A stretch of DNA of 60,859 nucleotides from Patescibacteria group bacterium (GCA_943356485.1 CALRFD010000007.1:1-60859), one strand, 5' to 3'. Counted from the stretch's first letter, positions 1-9,428 are shown. A program made the numbers and translations. The notes: generated by a model from the letters alone, not told the origin.

Positions 1-1607
1 GCTATCACAATTCCTGCAGCATGAACTGAGGCATGTCTGACAGTACCCTCAATTTTTACAGCCAGATCCAGCAGCTTTTTAATCTGCGGATCATTTTTAT
101 AATACCCTGCAAGCTCCGGGACTTCCTTTATCGCCAGATTTAGGAGCTTATGAAAACCCTGATGCGGGGGTGGAACCAACTTGGCAATCTTATCTACCTC
201 TCCATAACTCATACTTAAGACTCTTCCAACATCCCGAATAGCTGCCCGACCCATCATCGTTCCAAATGTAACAATATGCGCCACCCTATCCTCACCATAT
301 TTCTTCATTACATATTTAATAACATCATCTCTTCTGTCATCAGCTAAATCTACATCAATATCCGGAAGTGAGGGTCTATCTGGATTTAAGAAACGTTCAA
401 AAGGGATTTTATAAATTAAAGAGTTAATCTTAGTTACACCAAGGGCATAGAGAACGAGTGAGCCGGCAGCAGAACCTCTGGTATTAATAATAATCTCATT
501 TTTATTAGCCCAGTTAGCAAAGTCCTGGACAACTAAAAAATAGGCCGGATATTTCTTTTTCTCAATTATTGATAATTCATAATTAATTCTTTCAAGAGCC
601 TCAGGGGTTAGCTCTAACCTGTTTTTGACCCGCTCAAAAGTTAACTCCCTTAAATATTCCATCGGAGTTTTATCTCCCGGAATTTCAAATATTGGAAAAT
701 GCGCTTTCCCAAGAGGAATCTCGATGTTTACCATCTCAGCAATCTTAGCTGTATTTTCCAAAGCCTCCGGTATTTCTTTAAAATCCTCCAACATCTCCTC
801 TGGTGACTTTACAAAATAGTCCGGACAATCAATCATCCTCAGTCTATTGGTATCTGTCACCATTTTCCCGGTTTGTACGCAAAGCAGGATATCCTGTGCT
901 TCTGCATCTTCTTTTTTGATGTAGTGAAAATCATTGGTGGCAACTATTGGAATACTTAATTTCTTAGATAAAACCTTTACACTATCCCAAGTCATCTTTT
1001 GTACCCTGGCCATATTTTCCTGATCTTTTTTTATCTCATCACTGATTGCCTTGAGGGCAGAATCTTCATATGGATGAGATTGCAGTTCAAAAAAATAATT
1101 ACCCTCCCCAAAAATTTCCAGATAAGTCCTGGCTATTCCTTCTCCTTTTTCTATCCCGCCTTCATCTAAACCTCTGATAAACTCACCTGAGGGACAACCG
1201 GAGAGCGCAATTAACCCTTCGTGATATTGCTTTAGTAAAACTTTATCCACCCTAGGTTTGTAGTAATAACCATCAACATTAGCGATTGTGACCAACTTTA
1301 ATAAATTAAGATAGCCCTGATAATTTTTAGCTAATAATGTTAGATGGTAGGGCTCTGCATCAACTTTAGCTTCTTTGTCAGCATAACCTCTTTTGGCAAC
1401 GTACGTTTCTACCCCTATAATAGGTTTTATCCCTGCTTCGCGGCAAGCCTTATAAAATTCAATTGCCCCGTATAATGACCCATGATCTGTTATCGCTATC
1501 GCATCCATACCCAGCTCTTTTACCCTTTTGACAAGTTCAGGAATTTTAGAAAGTCCATCCAGGAGTGAATATTGGGTATGAGAATGCAGGTGAACAAACT
1601 TAGGCAT
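1..1607 (-). CDS. dnaE: DNA polymerase III alpha subunit (5' part; runs off window start)
   Basis: Not in ORF track. ATG at 1607 reads MPKFVHLHSHTQYSLLDG (PHP domain); downstream RGSAAGSL and FERFLNPDRPSLPDIDVD motifs. Confidence 0.97.
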   Translation of the reverse strand, partial: MPKFVHLHSHTQYSLLDGLSKIPELVKRVKELGMDAIAITDHGSLYGAIEFYKACREAGIKPIIGVETYVAKRGYADKEAKVDAEPYHLTLLAKNYQGYLNLLKLVTIANVDGYYYKPRVDKVLLKQYHEGLIALSGCPSGEFIRGLDEGGIEKGEGIARTYLEIFGEGNYFFELQSHPYEDSALKAISDEIKKDQENMARVQKMTWDSVKVLSKKLSIPIVATNDFHYIKKEDAEAQDILLCVQTGKMVTDTNRLRMIDCPDYFVKSPEEMLEDFKEIPEALENTAKIAEMVNIEIPLGKAHFPIFEIPGDKTPMEYLRELTFERVKNRLELTPEALERINYELSIIEKKKYPAYFLVVQDFANWANKNEIIINTRGSAAGSLVLYALGVTKINSLIYKIPFERFLNPDRPSLPDIDVDLADDRRDDVIKYVMKKYGEDRVAHIVTFGTMMGRAAIRDVGRVLSMSYGEVDKIAKLVPPPHQGFHKLLNLAIKEVPELAGYYKNDPQIKKLLDLAVKIEGTVRHASVHAAGIVI

Positions 1608-1715
1608 ATTATGTCCTACTACACCGGGCTATTAAGAAGTCACCGGAATATATACGACTAAGCTATTTAACAGTAGATCTTTACTTGTTTCAAGTAGTAA
1701 GTTCAAACCGGAATG

Positions 1716-1752
1716 TACACTTCGGAGGTGTATCAGCTAGGACACCTCGGGG
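1716..1752 (+). repeat. REP-like element family A, overlapping gatB 3' end
   Basis: tacac-ttcggag-gtgta-tcagc-taggacacc, matching copies at 42426 and 55361. Confidence 0.85.
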
Positions 1753-3086
1753 TTTAAAAGTTTTTCAAGAATTGTTTTGGCTTTAGACGCATCGGCTTTG
1801 CCTAAAGTTTTTTTCATAACAGCACCAACCAAAGCCTGAATTACTGTTAATTTACCTTTTTTATAAGCTTCCACAAATCCAGGATTTTCAGATATTACCT
1901 CTTTGGCAATTTTCTCAAGCTCACTTTCATCTGAAATCATCCCGACTTTTTTGCCTTTAATTTCTTCAATTATGTGAGTCGGTAAAACAGTAGTTATATC
2001 TACTTTATGATTGACTATATAATTGGCTACATCCTGAGGCAGAACTTCATGTTTTCTAGCATGTTCAACGGTGCTTTCGAAAAACTCTGCCATTTCTTTT
2101 GTTTCAGCCAAAATCCTGGCATCCGCCTTTTTAACTGCCCATCCTTCAAACTTTTTAACTTTTTCGTGAGGCAATTCCGACAACTCTGATCTCATCTGAT
2201 CTATCTGGTCTGCTAATATGCTGATCTCTGGGATATCCGGCTCTGGAAAATATCTGTAATCCTGGGCATCTTCTTTACTCCTTTGCGATACAGTAGCATT
2301 TTTAGTCTCATTCCAACCCCTAGTTTCCTGAGCTGGAACTTGCCCTTTATCTAAAATCTCTGTCTGCCTTTTTATTTCAAATTCAATTGCTTTTGCCACA
2401 AAACTAAATGAATTAATATTTTTCACTTCTACTTTGTACTTAGGTAAACCCGTCTCACCTACTCTTCTCAAAGAAATATTCGGCTCAAGTCTCATATCAC
2501 CCTTTTCCATATCTGCATTGGAAACTCCAAGGTAACGTACAATCTGCTGCAGCTTTTTCAGGTAATCCACCACATCTTGAGCGTTATCAAAATCCGGCTC
2601 TGTAACTATTTCTACTAAAGGAACTCCGCTCCTATTGAAATCTACTAATGAATAGTTTTGACTTTTGACATTTGAGTTTTGAATTCCAGATTGGTGTGCC
2701 AATTTGGCTGTATCTTCTTCCATATGTACCCGGGTAATCCCGATGACTTTTCCACTACCTAAAGTAATACTGCCCTTTAAACAAAATGGCTTATCATACT
2801 GGCTAATCTGATAACCTTTGGCTAAATCCGGATAAAAATAATTTTTCCTGTCAAATTTTGAAGACTTTAATAACTCACAGTTTAAAGCCAAGCCTATTTT
2901 CCTGCACCAATCTATTGCGACTTCATTTGGCACAGGCAAAGCACCGGGAAGCCCTAAACATACAGGGCAGGTATGTGTATTAGGCTCTGCGCCAAAATAA
3001 TCAGCGCTGCAACCACAAAACATTTTTGATTTGGTTTTCAGCTCTACATGCACTTCTAATCCTATAACTGGTATATATTTATTCAT
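1737..3086 (-). CDS. gatB: Asp/Glu-tRNA amidotransferase subunit B
   Basis: IGLEVHVEL, FDRKNYFYPDL, DYRYFPEPD motifs. Confidence 0.98.
   Translation of the reverse strand: MNKYIPVIGLEVHVELKTKSKMFCGCSADYFGAEPNTHTCPVCLGLPGALPVPNEVAIDWCRKIGLALNCELLKSSKFDRKNYFYPDLAKGYQISQYDKPFCLKGSITLGSGKVIGITRVHMEEDTAKLAHQSGIQNSNVKSQNYSLVDFNRSGVPLVEIVTEPDFDNAQDVVDYLKKLQQIVRYLGVSNADMEKGDMRLEPNISLRRVGETGLPKYKVEVKNINSFSFVAKAIEFEIKRQTEILDKGQVPAQETRGWNETKNATVSQRSKEDAQDYRYFPEPDIPEISILADQIDQMRSELSELPHEKVKKFEGWAVKKADARILAETKEMAEFFESTVEHARKHEVLPQDVANYIVNHKVDITTVLPTHIIEEIKGKKVGMISDESELEKIAKEVISENPGFVEAYKKGKLTVIQALVGAVMKKTLGKADASKAKTILEKLLNPEVS
2656..2683. repeat. 4 x 7-bp imperfect tandem repeat inside gatB
   Basis: ttttgac ttttgac atttgag ttttgaa; encodes QNSNVKSQN. 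Confidence 0.75.
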
Positions 3087-3096
3087 AATCTTTGTT

Positions 3097-3126
3097 CAGG
3101 TCGCACCTCGGTCGAGGTGCGACCTG
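3097..3126. repeat. REP-like palindrome family B
   Basis: caggtcgcacctcg-gt-cgaggtgcgacctg, perfect 14-bp stem between gatA and gatB. Confidence 0.9.
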
Positions 3127-3132
3127 GGTAAT

Positions 3133-4542
3133 TCACAACTTAGGCTTCTGCTCCTTCCAATCTGTTGCCTGCTCGTACTGATAAGCTACATTGAGAATTT
3201 TACTTTCACTGAATTGTGAGCCGATAATTTGCATCCCGATTGGCAAGCCTTCTTTCGAAAAGCCACAAGGAACATTAATACCAGGTAAACCTGCAATTGA
3301 GGAAGGTTCGACTAATACGTCGGCCATTTCACCAAACATTGGATGATTTTTAGAAGAGCCTAAAGGCAATGCTGTTGAAGGAGATGTTGGCGCAATAATC
3401 ACATCAACTTTTTGAAAAGCTTTTTTGAAATCTTCAATAATTACTGTTCTTACCTTGGAAGCTTTGTTATAAAACTGGTCATAGTAACCCGCAGATAAAG
3501 CATATGTTCCAAACATGATCCTTCTTTTCGCCTCTTCACCAAAAGCTTCGCGGTTATTACCAAACCTGATTCCATCATATCTGGCTAAATTCGAAGATAC
3601 TTCAGCCCGCTGAATTATTGTATAGACTGCAATTGCATACTTTGGTTCAAAGAGTTTGATATGAACAATTTCTGCCCCCATTCCTTCCAAGACTTTTAAC
3701 GCATTTTTAACGCTGGCAACAATTTGGGTATCAACTCCCTCAAAATAATCATCAGAAATACCAATCTTTAATCCTCTAATAGATTTGTTTAAATCTATAC
3801 TGTATTTTTCTGTTTGCCTAGGAGAAGTTGTTGCGTCAAAATGATCTTTACCTGCCAAAATTTCCAAAATGATCGCTGCATCTTCTACCGACTTTGTAAT
3901 TGGACCAGGACAATCAAGAGATGATCCCATGGCAATTACCCCATACCTTGAAACTCTGCCATATGTAGGTTTCAGTCCAACAACACCACACCATGAAGCA
4001 GGTTGTCTTATCGACCCAGCAGTCTCTGAACCTATACCAAAAATGACCTCATCACCAGCTACTGAAGCAGCAGCACCACCGGATGAACCGCCCGGTAAAA
4101 AGCCTATATTCCAGGGATTTTTAGTTGATCCATAATCTGAGGTTTCAGTAGAGGAGCCATGCGCCCAGGCATCCATATTGGTTTTTCCAAGCAAGACTAT
4201 CCCCGCATCTTTTAGTTTTGACACAACTGTAGCATCATAAGGAGGTATATAGCTATCCAGAACTTTAGAGGAGGCCGTTGTTTTAATGCCTTGTGTACTA
4301 AAGTTATCTTTTATTGAAATTGGCACTCCCAGAAGAGGAAGATCCTGACCATTCGCAATCAGTCCATCCGCTCTCTTTGCCATCTCCAGCGCCTCTTTTT
4401 CTGCAACAGTCACAAAAGCTGCGATTTTTGGCTCAACTTCTTTTATTCTTTGTAAAAAAGCTTTTGTTAAATCAACGGATGAAAAATCTTTTTTCTTGAG
4501 TCCTTCTTTTGCCTGTTTTAAATTTAGTTTAGTTAAATCCAT
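3133..4542 (-). CDS. gatA: Asp/Glu-tRNA amidotransferase subunit A
   Basis: Amidase signature PGGSSGG, GSETAGSIRQPA; SSNLARYDG. Confidence 0.97.
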   Translation of the reverse strand: MDLTKLNLKQAKEGLKKKDFSSVDLTKAFLQRIKEVEPKIAAFVTVAEKEALEMAKRADGLIANGQDLPLLGVPISIKDNFSTQGIKTTASSKVLDSYIPPYDATVVSKLKDAGIVLLGKTNMDAWAHGSSTETSDYGSTKNPWNIGFLPGGSSGGAAASVAGDEVIFGIGSETAGSIRQPASWCGVVGLKPTYGRVSRYGVIAMGSSLDCPGPITKSVEDAAIILEILAGKDHFDATTSPRQTEKYSIDLNKSIRGLKIGISDDYFEGVDTQIVASVKNALKVLEGMGAEIVHIKLFEPKYAIAVYTIIQRAEVSSNLARYDGIRFGNNREAFGEEAKRRIMFGTYALSAGYYDQFYNKASKVRTVIIEDFKKAFQKVDVIIAPTSPSTALPLGSSKNHPMFGEMADVLVEPSSIAGLPGINVPCGFSKEGLPIGMQIIGSQFSESKILNVAYQYEQATDWKEQKPKL

Positions 4543-4618
4543 AAATCCTCTTATAACTATTCCGCCTGAGAGGATTATACATTAAGTATTGTTAGCTGTT
4601 AAGACTTTCTATGTCTTT

Positions 4619-5875
4619 TTAACCGAGAACTGTTATAGCCCGCCTTACTTTATCGCTAAAATTGGCTATCATATCTTCTCTTGCATCAATTAGACTAGTC
4701 AGTTCATCCCATGAAATTTCTTCTAATGGAGAATTTGATCTGTGTGCTTTATAGGCTTCATTAAAAGCCTTTAAACCTATTGCTTTGATAGACCAATCAT
4801 ACTGACCTAAATTACCATTTTCGATAACATTACCTACAACTGCTGACATTCTGCTTGGACTAAGTTCACGCCCCGAACTTTTAAGTATATTCTCAATCAA
4901 TTTAAAATGAGCTGATTCTGGATTAAACGCCACTACTTCTCCTGTCATTAATAATTTAGACTCAGCTATCGACATTCTAATATGGTCAAGTTCTCCATTG
5001 GAAATATGCAAATATCTAGCCATTTGATTCTTAACAGCAGTATTAATATCCTCTAATTTGTTAATTCCCCACTCCGCAAGTTGACTCAAAAGCGAACTCC
5101 TATTTGCTCTACCGATCAAATGTTTCGTTACTCCATCAAAGTCTACTGGGGCAAGTCCAACCCGTTCATTATCATCAAATAAAACTATATTACCAATATG
5201 CGCATTACTTGCACGACCGATCGATGGATTCCAGGTAAACCTTCCGTCATGAAAAGTACGTAAAGTTTGACCTGCTAATTTAAACAGTCTCGAAAATACA
5301 TTACTGATTCTATCAAGTTCAGGTTGCTCAAGACACATAAATGGAAGTCCAAGCTGAAATTTATACATCAATTCATCCAAACGAGTATCACCCAGAGTAA
5401 AAAATAGCGATGCCCCACAAACTTCTCCATCAAAAGTCATATCAGAGTATTCCCAAATTCCTGCAGGCTCAAGTGGATATCTGATATTTTTTCCCCTAAA
5501 ATAATCCGATACCATATCCACCATTTCTAACTCATGACGAGCCCTTAAGAGTAATTGAGTACCCCAAGGATCTCTTACATCTACCCCATCACCAAAGATT
5601 TGACTAGAATCCAATCGCTCTCTTAACCCCTTAGCTTTAACCCATCTTTTAAGCCTAGGGAGATAAAATAAAGCTGATCTTTCTCCAGATTCAAGCGCCG
5701 AATACACGATCGATGAATCACCGATAACGGGCAACCTTCTGTCATATGGCCTAATCAGGGGTTTTCTTAATTCCTGTATTTCTTGATTTAAATCAGAAAG
5801 TGCCGATCCAGGATATGTTTCTAATACTACGGGATTCCTCCCAAAAAGTACTATTTCTTTTTGTTGGTTCAACAT
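4619..5875 (-). CDS. Hypothetical protein, possible atypical kinase / SelO-like fold
   Basis: 418-aa ORF with VKAKG, RHELE, HIGN and VDFD in kinase-like order. Confidence 0.55.
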   Translation of the reverse strand: MLNQQKEIVLFGRNPVVLETYPGSALSDLNQEIQELRKPLIRPYDRRLPVIGDSSIVYSALESGERSALFYLPRLKRWVKAKGLRERLDSSQIFGDGVDVRDPWGTQLLLRARHELEMVDMVSDYFRGKNIRYPLEPAGIWEYSDMTFDGEVCGASLFFTLGDTRLDELMYKFQLGLPFMCLEQPELDRISNVFSRLFKLAGQTLRTFHDGRFTWNPSIGRASNAHIGNIVLFDDNERVGLAPVDFDGVTKHLIGRANRSSLLSQLAEWGINKLEDINTAVKNQMARYLHISNGELDHIRMSIAESKLLMTGEVVAFNPESAHFKLIENILKSSGRELSPSRMSAVVGNVIENGNLGQYDWSIKAIGLKAFNEAYKAHRSNSPLEEISWDELTSLIDAREDMIANFSDKVRRAITVLG

Positions 5876-5932
5876 AAGGATAAAAGTATACTATATCCTA
5901 GAAATATTTGCAACTATAGGCCGAAAATCAGA

Positions 5933-6229
5933 TTAATCGTTGTCTACAAAGACTGACAGCACCTTAAAAAATCCCTTTTCTTTAGACTTTGTATTCTGCA
6001 ACACTTGTTCTTCTGTTAAAGAGGTAGCTATCTCGTCAGGCCTTGTAATGTTCAGGAGTCCTGTTACCTGACTCGTAGGTTCTATTCCTTTGGTATCAAC
6101 TGCATCTAATTGTTCAACATAAGTTAGAGTCTCGCCAAGTTGCCCTGCAAATTTTTCTAACTCTGTATCAGAGAGTGTAAGATTTGCAAGTTTAGCAATA
6201 TGTTTTACCTGATCTTTAGTTAATTTCAT
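5933..6229 (-). CDS. gatC: Asp/Glu-tRNA amidotransferase subunit C
   Basis: VKHIAKLANL start and FFKV end; gat operon context. Confidence 0.95.
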   Translation of the reverse strand: MKLTKDQVKHIAKLANLTLSDTELEKFAGQLGETLTYVEQLDAVDTKGIEPTSQVTGLLNITRPDEIATSLTEEQVLQNTKSKEKGFFKVLSVFVDND

Positions 6230-6240
6230 AGTTACTGTGG

Positions 6241-6268
6241 AGGTCGCACCTGAACCAAGGTGCGACCT
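6241..6268. repeat. REP-like palindrome family B
   Basis: aggtcgcacct-gaacca-aggtgcgacct; same arms as the 3097 copy. Confidence 0.9.
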
Positions 6269-6282
6269 TGGTTGTTAGCTGT

Positions 6283-7212
6283 TTAGACTTTTCCCTCCAT
6301 CTGCCTTAAAGCGTTCACTCTAACTTCTATAGAAGGATGCGTATTAAAAAGGTTTGCTAAAAATGCTCCAGCTTGGTTACCCTTGAAGGGATTAACTATA
6401 TAAAGATGAGCTGTTCCCCTATTCGCAGCTTCCAGTGGTTCTCTATCTGAGGAAATCTTTTGCAAAGCGGAAATTAGACCTCCTGGATATCTGGTTAAAA
6501 GCACACCCGATGCATCTGCCAAAAGTTCCCTCCTTCTGGATACAGCCAACTGAATTAAAGTGGCGACAACCGGCGCCAAAATTGCCGAAACTAAAGCTAA
6601 AACCATGAAAATAGTGTTATTTTTACCTTCATCATCTCTCCCTCTTCCACCCCAGAACATTGACCGCAGAAACCAATCAGAAAGTACCGCGATCATCCCA
6701 ACTAAAATAGAAACCACCCCCATAAGCAGTGTATCTCTGTTGCCAACATGAGAGAGTTCGTGTGCGGTTACTCCTTCCAATTCCTGTTTATTTAACTTAT
6801 CTAAAATTCCTGTTGTAAAACAAATTGCTGCATGTTTCGGATCTCTGCCTGTGGCAAAAGCGTTGGTGGCGCTGTCATCAATCGTATAAATTTTCGGGGT
6901 AGGTAAACCCGCAGCTATACAGAGATTCTCAACAGTCCGGTAGAGCTCTTTGTTTGAATTTTCACTAACTAACTTTGCTCCGGATACAGCTAAAACAATT
7001 TTATCTGACCAATAATAGCTGGCAAAATTCATCAGCCCGGTAAAAATTAGAGCAAAGCCAACTATCCCTAAACCTCCTGTTTGTCCATATCCAAACCCTC
7101 TGGCAATTATATAAATTATGCTTATCGCAAAAAACGAGAAGAAAAACATAATCAGCCAGGTTTTAAAAATATTCGATGAAACCTGATCCCAAGCAGTATT
7201 TATTGTAGCCAT
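6283..7212 (-). CDS. htpX: M48 zinc metalloprotease HtpX
   Basis: NAFATG, HELSH, SRRRELLAD, THP motifs; TM segments. Confidence 0.93.
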   Translation of the reverse strand: MATINTAWDQVSSNIFKTWLIMFFFSFFAISIIYIIARGFGYGQTGGLGIVGFALIFTGLMNFASYYWSDKIVLAVSGAKLVSENSNKELYRTVENLCIAAGLPTPKIYTIDDSATNAFATGRDPKHAAICFTTGILDKLNKQELEGVTAHELSHVGNRDTLLMGVVSILVGMIAVLSDWFLRSMFWGGRGRDDEGKNNTIFMVLALVSAILAPVVATLIQLAVSRRRELLADASGVLLTRYPGGLISALQKISSDREPLEAANRGTAHLYIVNPFKGNQAGAFLANLFNTHPSIEVRVNALRQMEGKV

Positions 7213-7241
7213 ATTTGCTTATTTTAGCATACTCACATAGA

Positions 7242-7281
7242 TACACCTCCGAAGTGTATTAGATAGTGCACATCGGGATGG
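7242..7281 (+). repeat. REP-like element family A, left flank of RAYT1
   Basis: tacac-ctccgaa-gtgta-ttagatagtgcacatcgg. Confidence 0.8.
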
Positions 7282-7300
7282 AATAAGGAATAGATAAATA

Positions 7301-7972
7301 TTATTCCCAGGTTAAATGCTTTATTCTATCCAGCTCTCTCTGGTAATCTGCCTGATTGTAAACAAACTGCTTGTAAGATTCTACATTTTTGAAATTAGAA
7401 AGAATTATTTCTTTATTACAAAGTAAAACACTTGTCTTCCCTAGATATTCCGGTAATGAAGACCATTGATATCTCTCTAAATCTTCAAATGTTTTTACAA
7501 CAAACGAGGTAAAAGGGTTAAGATGAATATAGCGGGATAAATGCAATAATTGATCGTCATCTTCCACCCTGACCGCCTTGAATTGACCCTGCATTAAAGG
7601 TCCTATTCTTCGATGCTTAGTATTGAAATAGCGAATGTAGCTATTTTGTAAATTAGCCATAAATTTTGAAATGCCATTTTCCTTTTTTTGAATCAGAAGC
7701 AAGTGGAAATGATTTGGCATTAGGCAAAAACAGATTATTTCAATTAATCTATCATTTTTCTCACGCAAGCTATTTAAAAAATGACTTTTATCTTCTTGCG
7801 ACAATAGTAAAAATTTAGAATACCGCAATTTTGTATTATAGGAATAAAACTCAAGTATATCCAAAGCTCTCTTATAATCTCTCACGCCCTGGAAAATAGG
7901 CTGCTTATTTACCCCACGGTTAAAAATATGATAATACTGATCTGTTATTAGGGAAATAAATCTTGCAGGCAT
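7301..7972 (-). mobile_element. REP-associated tyrosine transposase (RAYT, Y1 HUH), RAYT1
   Basis: YHIFNRG, CLMPNHFHL (HUH), YIHLNP (catalytic Tyr), YQWSS; flanked by inverted family A elements. Confidence 0.92.
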
Positions 7973-7990
7973 AATTTTACTTTATCAACT

Positions 7991-8030
7991 CGTACACCGA
8001 TGTGTCAAGCTAGTACACTCCCGAAGTGGA
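7991..8030 (-). repeat. REP-like element family A, right flank of RAYT1
   Basis: Minus strand reads tccac-ttcggga-gtgta-ctagcttgacacatcgg. Confidence 0.8.
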
Positions 8031-8032
8031 TT

Positions 8033-8428
8033 TTAAGTGGATTTTTCGAACCAAAGCGGAGTTTTTGGGTTTGACGAACCTTTGTAGTTAAAGTATAGTT
8101 CACAGTCCTTTTTGATATCTTTAATCGCTGTAAAAGTAATAGTTTTCTCTTCCCTGTTTAATTCGTATTTACAATTCGCCTCCGGGGAATGGTTATACAT
8201 TGAAGCAAACCCTAAAGCTAAGGCTACATAATCATCCATCCAAAAATAGTATTCAAAAAGGAGATTCCATCTGGTATCAATGAAATCGCTAAATTCTAGA
8301 ACTAAAATTGGAGCTATTTCAATAATTTCATCCTTAAGGATATCCTTTGAAGCAAATACACCCAACCCGGAACCCGGAATTTTTGATTTATTGATGTAAA
8401 TACGAGAAGATGGATAAATACTGCTCAA
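8033..8428 (-). CDS. SET domain protein
   Basis: GLGVFA, YNHS..ANC, ELYFNY motifs; TTG start. Confidence 0.9.
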   Translation of the reverse strand: MSSIYPSSRIYINKSKIPGSGLGVFASKDILKDEIIEIAPILVLEFSDFIDTRWNLLFEYYFWMDDYVALALGFASMYNHSPEANCKYELNREEKTITFTAIKDIKKDCELYFNYKGSSNPKTPLWFEKST

Positions 8429-8434
8429 GGAAAT

Positions 8435-8986
8435 TTAGAATTTTACCTGTACATCGGCTTTTTCTTCATCAGTTGCCTGGAAAAATTGCTCTTTTGTAAA
8501 TCCAAATATATTAGCAAACCAGACATTAGGAATTGTTTCCAGGCTATTGTTTAAATCTAAAACATTAGTGTTGTAAAACTGCCTGGAAGCTGCCACCTTA
8601 GTTTCTGTATCAGAAATCTCATCTTGCAGTTGTTTAAAATTATCAGAGGCTTTAAGTTCCGGATAAGCCTCAGCCACAGCAAACAAAGATTTTAGCGCTC
8701 CACTTAGCTGATCATTAGCTTTAGCTTTATCAGACAACGAAGTTGCTCCCATCATAGCTGACCTGGCCTTAGTCACTCCCTCAAACACACTTTTTTCGTG
8801 CTTCGCATAGCCCTTAACTGTTTCAACTAAATTAGGGATTAAAGAAGACCTTCTTTTTAGCTGAACATCAATCTGTGACCAGGCCTCCCGAACTCTATTT
8901 CTTAAAGTCACTAACCCATTATAAGTAGCCAGGAACCAAAGGATTAACAAGATTGCAACTCCAATTAAAACGTAGCTTAAGATCAT
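8435..8986 (-). CDS. lemA: LemA family protein
   Basis: N-terminal TM, WSQIDVQLKRR, AEAYPELKA. Confidence 0.95.
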   Translation of the reverse strand: MILSYVLIGVAILLILWFLATYNGLVTLRNRVREAWSQIDVQLKRRSSLIPNLVETVKGYAKHEKSVFEGVTKARSAMMGATSLSDKAKANDQLSGALKSLFAVAEAYPELKASDNFKQLQDEISDTETKVAASRQFYNTNVLDLNNSLETIPNVWFANIFGFTKEQFFQATDEEKADVQVKF

Positions 8987-9182
8987 AATTAATATATTAA
9001 ACCTTTTTTTAAAATCTATCTAGTACCCAAAATTAAGAAATCCTTTTTCAATTCGTGATGATTAAGTACTCGAACACTATTTGTATTCTTTTATTTGATG
9101 AATAAATTCTGTACTCTTTCTTTAAAATAAGCCAAATACTTCTGCATTATTGAATACCGATCTTTTCTCTGCTAAAATAGCT

Positions 9183-9345
9183 TAGTTTGGGATCATAGCT
9201 CAGTTGGGTTAATAGTCCAATGGACTATTAACGGGATAGCTTCAAACTATTCCGCGTTCAGCGGATATAGGATAATTGCTATCACAGGATAGAGCGTGCC
9301 GAAGGCTTACAAGCTCAGGCATCAGATCACGTTAAGTTTGTAATC
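9183..9345 (+). pseudogene. tRNA-Asp 5' pseudo-copy interrupted by hairpins
   Basis: 25-bp exact repeat (9183-9207 = 9346-9370), then perfect hairpin gttaatagtcca-a-tggactattaac and others. Confidence 0.7.
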
Positions 9346-9351
9346 TAGTTT

Positions 9352-9428
9352 GGGATCATAGCTCAGTTGGTTAGAGCGCTTCCCTGTCACGGAAGAGGTC
9401 GCCGGTTCGAGTCCGGTTGGTCCCGCCA
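9352..9428 (+). tRNA. tRNA-Asp (GTC)
   Basis: Cloverleaf; anticodon arm cttcc-ct-GTC-ac-ggaag; T-loop ttcgagt; encoded CCA. Confidence 0.97.

Noticed and set aside
625-819. Short antisense ORFs in the track (this one and others, e.g. 3869, 14696, 28053, 42959, 57023)
   Set aside because: They are shadows of well-supported genes on the opposite strand or in another frame.
9020-9180. Possible decayed gene fragment upstream of lemA
   Set aside because: All minus-strand frames are interrupted by stops and no family was recognisable.
9189-9345. tmRNA or intron-containing functional tRNA
   Set aside because: No T-arm or matching acceptor 3' strand before the intact tRNA; too short and lacking group I core motifs.
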